From a virus, in the IMG/VR virus record IMGVR_UViG_3300045912_000261, positions 32,001-96,000 of that record: a stretch of DNA of 64,000 bases; one strand, written 5' to 3'. The translations under genes were made by a program, and so were the position numbers. This document shows positions 6,933 through 14,132 of this stretch, one piece after another; position 1 is the stretch's first letter, and every line of letters begins with the position of its first letter. A model generated the notes under the pieces. It made no database searches. It saw only the letters and a list, made by a program, of their open reading frames with translations, and was not told the DNA's origin.

Positions 6933-9475
6933 TGGCTACTCAAAGTCCTTCCGTGGCAGGGGGCCAATGCGCCAACTGCCCTTTCACGAGCCAGGCCGTA
7001 GTACGGCCCGATCTTCGTCGTGCTCCTCTGCTGATAGTCGGAGAGGCTCCTGGCGCGCAAGAGGTGCGCACGGGAGTTCCCTTTGTAGGTCCCTCAGGCC
7101 AGCTGCTCTGGCAGACGTTCAAGCGTCTTGGCATCGAGCGCGGCCAGGTCGCTGTAACGAATGCACTTCTTTGCTCGGTTCCTCCCTCCATGAGCAAGTC
7201 GGGAGGAGCCCTCCGTCAAGCTTGCCTAGCTTGCCGTAGCCGCCTCCTGGCAGACGTCGAGCTCGTGGACCCCAAGGTTATTCTTGCCTTGGGCAATACG
7301 GCTATGCAGTCCCTGCTGGCCAAGTTCTCGCTCAAGATCACGCAAGAGCGGGGCAAGGCAATTGAGTTCGACGGACGATGGATCATCCCCGCACTACATC
7401 CTGCCGCTGTACTTCGCAACCCTGGTGACTTCAAGCGACTTGCTGCCGACCTTTCCTACGCGGTCAGCCTTTCCAACGGAGGCCGCCCCAAGGATCCGGG
7501 TGAGACACGTTACCAAGTTGTTCGGACGGAAGAGGATCTGATCAAGGCCTGCAGGGTCCTCAAGAAGCACCGCACTCTAGCAGCAGACATCGAGACCTCG
7601 GACGTCAACCCCCGCAAGCACTGGATTCAGTACTTGGGCATCTGCTGGGAGAAGAACAAGGTAGCCATCTTCCCTCCCCGAGTACGGGTAGGACATGGTG
7701 CCCGTAATGACAGGTCGGTAAGCTCCGGTGCCGAGTCGACGGTAAGCTCCGGTGCAGGCGACGACGGGGTGCCTGTGGCCGAGTTGTACAGGAGTACTTG
7801 GACCCATCCAGACTTCAAGGCTCTCTTCGAGGACCCAGCGATCACTTGGGTGTGGCATAACGGCAAGTTCGACACCAGCTTCCTGCAGCAGGTAGGCCTG
7901 CCCGCCCGCACGGATGAGGACACGATGCTGCTCCATTACCTTTTGGACGAGGTGCGGGGGACGCACGACCTCAAGCAGCTGGCATCGGATCTCCTGGGGG
8001 CAGAAGACTACGACGCCATCGTCAAGAAGTATGCGGGCAAGGGCGAGAACGGTTGGGCAAAGATTCCGCCGCACATCCTTGTCCCCTACCTCGCTAGGGA
8101 CGCTGACTACACCTTCCAGATCTTCCCCATCCTTCGGGAGAGGGTCCGGAAGATCCCTGATCTGGAAGAGCTGTACACGACCCTGATCATTCCTGCCAGC
8201 CATTTTCTGCAGAGGGTCGAGAGGGCCGGGATGTGGGTCTCCTTCGAGCATCTGGAGAAGGTGGCTGCGGCTCTGGCCCAGGAGAAGGATGAAGTCGAGA
8301 CCCGAATCCAGGAGATTGCGGAGCAGTACTGGGACCCCGATGAGTACGCCAAGGCCACGGACTCCAAGTCCATTCCGCTAGAGTTCAACCCCGCATCGCC
8401 CCGGCAGGTAAGCTGGCTCATCTACAGCCGCCTCCGACTCCGCGTCCCCGGGAGGGCTGGGATCAGAGACACCAGAGAGGAAACCCTCCGGGAGCTTCCG
8501 CCGCACCCCCTGGTGACGAACCTGCTCAAGCTGCGGAAGATCAACAAGCAGCTTCAGACGTACGTTGAGGGCATCCTACGAGAGGTGGAGGCGGATGGGA
8601 GAGTTCACTCTACCTATCTCATTCACGGAACGTCTACCGGACGGCTCAGTTCTCGTAACCCTAACGCTCAAAATATCCCACGGGACCCACTTATCCGGGA
8701 TATCTTTCAAGCTCCTCCCGGCAAAATCCTGGTTGAGGCCGATTTTGATCAGGCAGAGCTTCGAATGCTCGCCCACCTATCGCGCGATGAAGAGCTGCTC
8801 CGCATCTACCGCGAAGGCCGCAAGCTCCATGATGAGGTTGCTGCAGACCTCTACGGCCCCAACTACACCGAAGAGCAACGGATGCGAGCCAAGGCAGTGA
8901 ACTTCGGGATCGTCTACGGACGGACGGAGTTCTCTCTGATGCACGAGTTCAAGATTGGCTTGCCGGAAGCCCAGCGGATGGTGCACGACTGGTTTGCAAG
9001 GTTCCCCCAAGCCAAGAGGTACATTGATGCCTGCCGGAACGCTCCGTTGCAGGGTAAACAGCTTGTGAGCCCCTTTGGTCGTCGTAGACGCTTTCCATTC
9101 GTGCCCGAAGCGTCCCGCAAAGAGATCCAGAACGAAAGCGCCAACTTTGCCATCCAGTCAGGAGCCAGCGATCTCACGCTGCTGACAGCCATGACGGCTG
9201 AACCCGAGCTGGACAGGATTGACGCCAAGATTGTGAACCTCGTTCACGACTCCATCCTCGTTGAGTGTCCTGAGAACCAGGCGATCACCGAGAAGGTGCT
9301 CCAGGTCTTGCAGGAGGCATCTGCGCGGGTGGTCAAGCATCGCCTCAAGGGGATTCTCGAGTTCCCAATGGACGCGAAGGTTGGTCGGGGGTGGGGGACC
9401 GCCATGAAAGGAGATGGTTGGTGGGAGTACAAGGCCAAAATGGGGGATCTCGAGCGCGCTCTCGGCCCCCAGTAG
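6932..9475 (+). CDS. polA: Family A DNA polymerase with an N-terminal family-4 uracil-DNA glycosylase-like domain and a 3'-5' exonuclease
   Basis: UDG: CANC, GEAPG.QE...G.PFVGPSG, HPAAVLR. Exo: DIET, HNGKFD, YLARDAD. Pol motifs: A EADFDQAELR, B RMRAKAVNFGIVYG, C VHDSI. Confidence 0.95.
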   Translation: MATQSPSVAGGQCANCPFTSQAVVRPDLRRAPLLIVGEAPGAQEVRTGVPFVGPSGQLLWQTFKRLGIERGQVAVTNALLCSVPPSMSKSGGALRQACLACRSRLLADVELVDPKVILALGNTAMQSLLAKFSLKITQERGKAIEFDGRWIIPALHPAAVLRNPGDFKRLAADLSYAVSLSNGGRPKDPGETRYQVVRTEEDLIKACRVLKKHRTLAADIETSDVNPRKHWIQYLGICWEKNKVAIFPPRVRVGHGARNDRSVSSGAESTVSSGAGDDGVPVAELYRSTWTHPDFKALFEDPAITWVWHNGKFDTSFLQQVGLPARTDEDTMLLHYLLDEVRGTHDLKQLASDLLGAEDYDAIVKKYAGKGENGWAKIPPHILVPYLARDADYTFQIFPILRERVRKIPDLEELYTTLIIPASHFLQRVERAGMWVSFEHLEKVAAALAQEKDEVETRIQEIAEQYWDPDEYAKATDSKSIPLEFNPASPRQVSWLIYSRLRLRVPGRAGIRDTREETLRELPPHPLVTNLLKLRKINKQLQTYVEGILREVEADGRVHSTYLIHGTSTGRLSSRNPNAQNIPRDPLIRDIFQAPPGKILVEADFDQAELRMLAHLSRDEELLRIYREGRKLHDEVAADLYGPNYTEEQRMRAKAVNFGIVYGRTEFSLMHEFKIGLPEAQRMVHDWFARFPQAKRYIDACRNAPLQGKQLVSPFGRRRRFPFVPEASRKEIQNESANFAIQSGASDLTLLTAMTAEPELDRIDAKIVNLVHDSILVECPENQAITEKVLQVLQEASARVVKHRLKGILEFPMDAKVGRGWGTAMKGDGWWEYKAKMGDLERALGPQ

Positions 9476-9990
9476 CCTTCTGCGTCAGAGAAGCTCTCAC
9501 CGCCCTGGAGGCGGGCTGGAGGCCTGCACGAGGCTCGCACATCACACCCTCAGTCCTCCGCAGACTTGCACAGGAGGCAGAACTTGCAGCGGCCGACTTA
9601 GTTGAGCGCTCCCGGCGCCACCAGAAGGCTCACTCGGGAGTCGTAACGACCTTCCCTGTGCAGTTAACCCTTAGCGACCTGGAGACCATCCTTGACAAGA
9701 GCGAGGACTTAGGCGAAGGGCTGGAGGGGAAGCTTGTTACAGCCCGAAACACTCTGGCGGGAGCGTACGATCGGATGAAGGAGCAGCAGCTCAGGGAGGG
9801 AGTCGAGGACCTCCAGGAGATCCTCCCCGAAGACGAGTGGATCTCGTGGAACGACCTCCAGAAGGAAGCTGCCGAGCAGGCAAGCATGACCAGGGCTTTG
9901 GTGGGTAGGGTAGTCTCCCACCTAATCGACAAAGGCGTAGTGCTTCGCAAGGTCGAAGGGGGCACTACCTACATCAAGGCGGCTACATGA
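9421..9990 (+). CDS. Hypothetical protein with a C-terminal winged-helix-like region
   Basis: AAGGAG RBS before GTG 9421. WISWNDLQ...RALVGRVVSHLIDKGVV resembles a wHTH. Confidence 0.55.
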   Translation: MGVQGQNGGSRARSRPPVAFCVREALTALEAGWRPARGSHITPSVLRRLAQEAELAAADLVERSRRHQKAHSGVVTTFPVQLTLSDLETILDKSEDLGEGLEGKLVTARNTLAGAYDRMKEQQLREGVEDLQEILPEDEWISWNDLQKEAAEQASMTRALVGRVVSHLIDKGVVLRKVEGGTTYIKAAT

Positions 9991-10460
9991 TCGATGTCAC
10001 AGGAGACCTTTGGACCTATGGCCAAGCTCCTGCCTACAACCTAGCTATCACCGTTACCACGAACTGGACGGTCACGGCTCAGGGCAAAAACGTGATGGGA
10101 GGCGGGTGCGCAGCAGAAGCAGCCTACCGCTTTCCTAGCCTTCCCCTGAAGTACGGAGAGCGCCTCGAGCGTCTGGGCCGGCACACTCATGCCTTTGCCC
10201 CAGGAGCGGTGGGCAACGTTCCTTGGCTGGTGATGATGGGCGTCAAGAGCGAGGTGTGGCACGATGCCTCAGTCAACCTGATCCAACTGGCTGCCAACGA
10301 GATGCTACTACTCGCCAACCGGCTGGACTGGCAGGAGGTCATCGTTCCCAGACCAGGCTGCGGGCTTGGAGGACTGGACTACGACGAGCATGTCAGACCC
10401 ATCCTCGTGGAGGAGTGGGGCGACGACGACCGCTTCAAGGTGATCACATTCCAGGCGTAG
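9987..10460 (+). CDS. Macrodomain protein (DarG/TARG1-like ADP-ribose hydrolase or binder)
   Basis: TGDLW, TTN...MGGGCA...RFP and PRPGCGLGGLD motifs. Confidence 0.8.
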   Translation: MIDVTGDLWTYGQAPAYNLAITVTTNWTVTAQGKNVMGGGCAAEAAYRFPSLPLKYGERLERLGRHTHAFAPGAVGNVPWLVMMGVKSEVWHDASVNLIQLAANEMLLLANRLDWQEVIVPRPGCGLGGLDYDEHVRPILVEEWGDDDRFKVITFQA

Positions 10461-10492
10461 CTCACCGCTTCAGAGTACATCCTACCAGGAGG

Positions 10493-10903
10493 GTGCTCAT
10501 TCTCTGTGGGCATGGGTATAGAAGCCCCATTGTCGTGGAGCGTGAAAGCAGGATGATCGAAGCCCTCTCCCTCGAGCCCGCTAAGAACTGTCTCAGTGGC
10601 ATCTTCCCCCTCGACTACGAGGATGACATTGCCCTCATGAGGGCAGTGCGAGACCTCCTTTTCAGCGAGCAGTACGAGGCAGGAAACCCCGAATACATCA
10701 AGCCCAGGGGGGAGGGAGTAGTAGAGAGGATCAACTTCCTCTTCCGGGGCTTTGACGGGGACACTCTGCGGGCGTTCAACTTCACTCTCAGCCACAGAAG
10801 ACCTCATGTCGGCAGCTACGACTCTGGAACGCACAACCTCGCTGCCCGCTCGATGGGCTTCACGGTCCATCACTACCTAACCGAGTGGCTCGACTGGTTC
10901 TAA
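10493..10903 (+). CDS. Hypothetical protein ending in the DWF motif (...HYLTEWLDWF*)
   Basis: Ends GAC TGG TTC TAA. Start uncertain (GTG 10493 or ATG 10553). Confidence 0.6.
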   Translation: MLILCGHGYRSPIVVERESRMIEALSLEPAKNCLSGIFPLDYEDDIALMRAVRDLLFSEQYEAGNPEYIKPRGEGVVERINFLFRGFDGDTLRAFNFTLSHRRPHVGSYDSGTHNLAARSMGFTVHHYLTEWLDWF

Positions 10904-11020
10904 CACCAAGTTTGCGCACGATAGGAAGGAGGTGAACTACTGGCCAACACCTGAGTCGCTACCGAACCCTCAGCGGTAGGGCTCCGTGCTGGACAAGGTA
11001 AACGAACAAGGAGACATGTC

Positions 11021-11680
11021 TTGCGACGTCTCAAGCTGGCTATTGCTGCGTGCCTCGTAGCAGTAGCTACGACGGCGGTAGCCATGCCGATGACGGCAAC
11101 AGGACACCATGTTAAGAAGTCCGTCCCCAAGACGACGGTGTCCTTGTACCAAGGCTACAGCATTCTGCACGCTAAGGCTAAGGTACTAAAGGGAGTCTCT
11201 GCTGGCCGTAACGTAGCAGTACACGGCCACGCCAAGGATGGCAAGAAGAGTCACGAGCTGGTGCGTAGGGAGTTCATCCGCCTTTGGCGGGAGCTCCATC
11301 CGGCAGCTGAGAGGTCCCACAGGCGGCGGCAGGAAAAAGCCGAGATCAACCGCCTGCTGAGGAACCCGACGCCGACCAACAATAGGTCGCTCGCCCGGTA
11401 CCTGATGCTGAAGTGGGGCTTCTCGGAAGCCGACTTCGCCTGTGTTGACAGGGTGGTAATGGGTGAGTCGTCTTGGGTTCACACTGTGTGGAACCGGCAG
11501 GGTTCAGGAGCCTACGGGATCCCGCAAGCTCTTCCCGGCTACAAGATGGCTTCGGCCGGAAGCGACTGGGCCACCAACCCCGCGACGCAGATCAGGTGGA
11601 TGGTTCTTCACTACATGGTGCCTCGTTACGGGTCGCCATGCGGTGCTTGGGCGTTTAAGTCCTCCAACGGATGGTACTAG
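11021..11680 (+). CDS. Secreted lytic-transglycosylase-like protein
   Basis: N-terminal signal peptide. The C-terminus ESSW...SGAYGIPQALPG.KMASAGSDWATNPATQIRW...RYGSPCGAW..NGWY is typical of actinobacterial SLT-like proteins. Confidence 0.88.
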   Translation: MRRLKLAIAACLVAVATTAVAMPMTATGHHVKKSVPKTTVSLYQGYSILHAKAKVLKGVSAGRNVAVHGHAKDGKKSHELVRREFIRLWRELHPAAERSHRRRQEKAEINRLLRNPTPTNNRSLARYLMLKWGFSEADFACVDRVVMGESSWVHTVWNRQGSGAYGIPQALPGYKMASAGSDWATNPATQIRWMVLHYMVPRYGSPCGAWAFKSSNGWY

Positions 11681-11682
11681 CA

Positions 11683-11958
11683 ATGAGGATCGTCGCGCTA
11701 GTGCTGTTGACAGCCTCTCTGGTGGCTGCCACCGTTGCCCTAACACTGCTGATGAGCCAACCAGGAGTCTCGAAGACGCAGATCGAAGCTGTCCGTTTGG
11801 CGGACGACAGCGTCACTGAGCTCCAGGCCTGTGTTAGGACTGCCAGGGAGGCAACTGACACTGCAGAGACCGCCGTTAAGGTGGCGGAAAGATGGGAGGT
11901 GAGGGCGCGCAGGGCTGAGGCAGCTGCCGGAGGCTTTGTCGTCGTCCCGAACAACTAG
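11683..11958 (+). CDS. Membrane-anchored coiled-coil protein
   Basis: N-terminal hydrophobic helix followed by an A/E/R-rich helix. Confidence 0.55.
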   Translation: MRIVALVLLTASLVAATVALTLLMSQPGVSKTQIEAVRLADDSVTELQACVRTAREATDTAETAVKVAERWEVRARRAEAAAGGFVVVPNN

Positions 11959-11967
11959 AAGAGCACA

Positions 11968-11995
11968 GGCCTCCTCTGGAGGGAGGCCCCTTTCA
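11968..11995 (+). terminator. Putative intrinsic terminator hairpin
   Basis: GGCCTCC-loop-GGAGGCC followed by CCTTTC, just after a stop codon. Confidence 0.4.
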
Positions 11996-12012
11996 CAGGG
12001 GAGTCGAAACCG

Positions 12013-12429
12013 GTGGGAAAGAGGGTAACTGGGATCTGCCACAACTGTGGCGACCTCGCAAGTGGGCCGCGATCGTTCTACTGCGACGAATGCAGGCCGA
12101 TAGTCCGCAGGGCCCAGAGGATGGGCCAACCCAGTGCAAGGAGGCGTAGGAAGCGGCCGGACCATGTCTGCGTCTCCTGCCGCGAGAGACTTGCCAGGTC
12201 CAGTAGGGCTCTTTACTGTGAGCCTTGCTACATCAAGGTCAAACTCGAGTCCAAGAAGGCTTTTTACCTTGAGAGGCAGAAGCGCACCCGTGAGAACGCC
12301 CATACGGTCCTCAACTACGTTATCAACGAACTTATCCGCCTTCGAGAAGAGGGTGACTATGGTTCACCGCAGCTCACGCGCTTGGCCAAGATCCTTGAGC
12401 AGATCCGCATCCGCCCAGAAGGTGCCTGA
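12013..12429 (+). CDS. Zinc-finger protein
   Basis: Four CxxC motifs (CHNC, CDEC, CVSC, CEPC). Confidence 0.65.
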   Translation: MGKRVTGICHNCGDLASGPRSFYCDECRPIVRRAQRMGQPSARRRRKRPDHVCVSCRERLARSSRALYCEPCYIKVKLESKKAFYLERQKRTRENAHTVLNYVINELIRLREEGDYGSPQLTRLAKILEQIRIRPEGA

Positions 12430-12517
12430 CCCGACTGCCGTTCTAGCTGCCTTCGCAGCCACTATGAAGAAGCTGAACGTACAAGTTCACATCATCACCA
12501 GTAGGGACTGGTTCTGA
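12422..12517 (+). CDS. 31-aa DWF-terminal microprotein (MPDPTAVLAAFAATMKKLNVQVHIITSRDWF)
   Basis: GTG overlaps the upstream gene end, and TGATG couples it to the dNMP kinase. Starts MPDP like microprotein 7. Confidence 0.65.
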   Translation: MPDPTAVLAAFAATMKKLNVQVHIITSRDWF

Positions 12518-13182
12518 TGTTGCTGGGGCTCACCGGAGACGCCTACGCAGGCAAGGATACAGCGTACAGGATCATCAAGGAGACCTACCCACAAGCTGTC
12601 AACTTGAAGCTTGCTGGTCCTCTCAAACAAGCTGTCGCCGCCCTACTGGGCACGACGGTTGGGCGGATCGAAGAACTGAAGACGCACGAGCACCTTTGGC
12701 TCGAGTTCGGTGGCACGAATCCACCACTGGATATCAAGCCCCTTACTATTCGAACCCTGTTGCAAAGAATGGGTTCCGAAGTAGGTAGGGATCTGTTCGG
12801 AGAGGACTTCTGGGTCGATCAGCTTCTTCCACATCCTGAGCCAGGCACGCTTGCTAAGCCGAAAGGGGTTCCCCAAACTGGGGAGGGCCCCTTCGTAATC
12901 ACTGACGTCCGGTTCACGAACGAGGCGCAGCGGATCAGAGACCTCGGAGGGTACGTCTTCAAGATCGTGCGTACGGGAGAACCGGTAGAACTAGGTGCCG
13001 AGTTGAAGGGACACCGGTCTGAGGAGGGAGTTCCTCCGTCTCTCATTGATGCCACGATTCCCAATCCAACCGGCCGTCTGGAAGAGTTTAAGGATAATCT
13101 CCTGTTCTGGGTAGAAAGGACGATGCGATGGCAAAAGAGGACGGAGTCACGTACAGAGCGTATGACTCCGCCGGCAAAATGA
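12517..13182 (+). CDS. Deoxynucleoside monophosphate kinase
   Basis: LGLTGDAYAGKDT, LK..VA, R.LLQRMGSEVGR, VITDVRFTNEA, HRSE. Confidence 0.9.
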   Translation: MLLGLTGDAYAGKDTAYRIIKETYPQAVNLKLAGPLKQAVAALLGTTVGRIEELKTHEHLWLEFGGTNPPLDIKPLTIRTLLQRMGSEVGRDLFGEDFWVDQLLPHPEPGTLAKPKGVPQTGEGPFVITDVRFTNEAQRIRDLGGYVFKIVRTGEPVELGAELKGHRSEEGVPPSLIDATIPNPTGRLEEFKDNLLFWVERTMRWQKRTESRTERMTPPAK

Positions 13183-13352
13183 TCTGGGAGCGTATCATCC
13201 TCCCGGGCCTACCCGTAGAACCCCCAAGCGATGTACTGAAGATTGCCTCGAGGTACACCGCTCAGGGTCCCCACGGCAGCCCTATGGAGATGGAGCTTTA
13301 CGAACCGAAGCCCCGCCTAAGGCGCAAGACGGGTAAGAGCCTAGAACAGTGA
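13128..13352 (+). CDS. Hypothetical protein
   Basis: GAAAGGA RBS. Coupled to the next ORF. Confidence 0.5.
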   Translation: MAKEDGVTYRAYDSAGKMIWERIILPGLPVEPPSDVLKIASRYTAQGPHGSPMEMELYEPKPRLRRKTGKSLEQ

Positions 13353-13555
13353 GGCCCTACTTTATCAGACGCAGAAGTCGCTGGCGGTACCTACGGTGGG
13401 AGGTACGACGGGAATGTGTCTCAGCAACGACTGAAGGCCCACGCAGCATCCTGATCGCCCGATGTCGCTACAGACGCGATGCTGAGACAATCAGGAACGA
13501 CTGGAACACGAAGCACCTCCTAGAAGTGCGGAGAGCCGCGCACCTGAGTTGCTAG
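13349..13555 (+). CDS. Basic hypothetical protein (last gene of the left arm)
   Basis: GTGA overlap with the upstream gene. Confidence 0.45.
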   Translation: MRPYFIRRRSRWRYLRWEVRRECVSATTEGPRSILIARCRYRRDAETIRNDWNTKHLLEVRRAAHLSC

Positions 13556-13630
13556 CGGTAAGCTCCGGTGCCCGTAATGATGGGACTAGGTGCCCGAGTA
13601 GTCTGGGTACCGTAACGGCTGGTAGGTTAG

Positions 13631-13667
13631 GAGAAGGGAGAGGCGGCGCAGGTACCTCTCCCTCCTC
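13631..13667. terminator. Hairpin at the convergence of the two arms (possible bidirectional terminator)
   Basis: AGGGAGAGG (13635-13643) pairs with CCTCTCCCT (13655-13663). Confidence 0.5.
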
Positions 13668-13737
13668 GTTGCTCCAACCCGGCCCGAGCGGATCGGAGCC
13701 TCCCCAGGGCTAGCGGGGGAAGGGCCGCCCCAGGAAG

Positions 13738-14130
13738 CTAGGGAACCGTGAGCGAGATGTCCCCCCTAACGACGATCTTCCCCCTGGCAAGGGTGTAAAC
13801 ATTGCCAGAGGAGTCGGTCATCTGGAGATCCCACGATAGAGGGGTGGTGTAGTACTCTCCTCTGGAGGTCGGGTTGCCGATCGGCATCGAGGCAGTGTCG
13901 GCCGGCAACAGCGTCAACCTAGCCTTCCCCTGGACAGCATCAGTCACGGTGATCCCCGAACCGATCGTCTTGCGGATCTCGGCGTCCGCGTCGGGGTCGA
14001 GCGGGTCAGTTTTGGCTGTGAACCGGAGCGACATACCTGTCAGATTCTGCGCCACCGTGCCTTTCTTGACCTCGATGTCGTACTCGTTGGTGTCGCCCCT
14101 AACCAGGGCTAGTGTAGTGCCCGTGCTCAT
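13738..14130 (-). CDS. BppU-N-like Ig-fold virion protein
   Basis: LVRGDT..., NLTG..LRFT, DAVQGKARLTL..DT and WDLQ...G.I.V pattern. Confidence 0.6.
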   Translation of the reverse strand: MSTGTTLALVRGDTNEYDIEVKKGTVAQNLTGMSLRFTAKTDPLDPDADAEIRKTIGSGITVTDAVQGKARLTLLPADTASMPIGNPTSRGEYYTTPLSWDLQMTDSSGNVYTLARGKIVVRGDISLTVP

Positions 14131-14132
14131 GT

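Noticed and set aside
7684-7775. Intein or intron in polA
   Set aside because: The stretch is about 30 aa, has no C/S...HN splice motifs, and the frame is uninterrupted.
8987-8995. GACTGGTTT (HDWFAR) inside polA as another DWF member
   Set aside because: It is internal with no stop codon, and it corresponds to the usual aromatic Y/W-F..FP segment of the PolA fingers. The same applies to the internal FDWFS in the adaptor gene.
1-13555. TAG stop-codon reassignment (many genes end in TAG)
   Set aside because: dut, folE and polA end at their expected C-termini, and downstream genes start in other frames through TAGTG overlaps, so TAG behaves as a stop.
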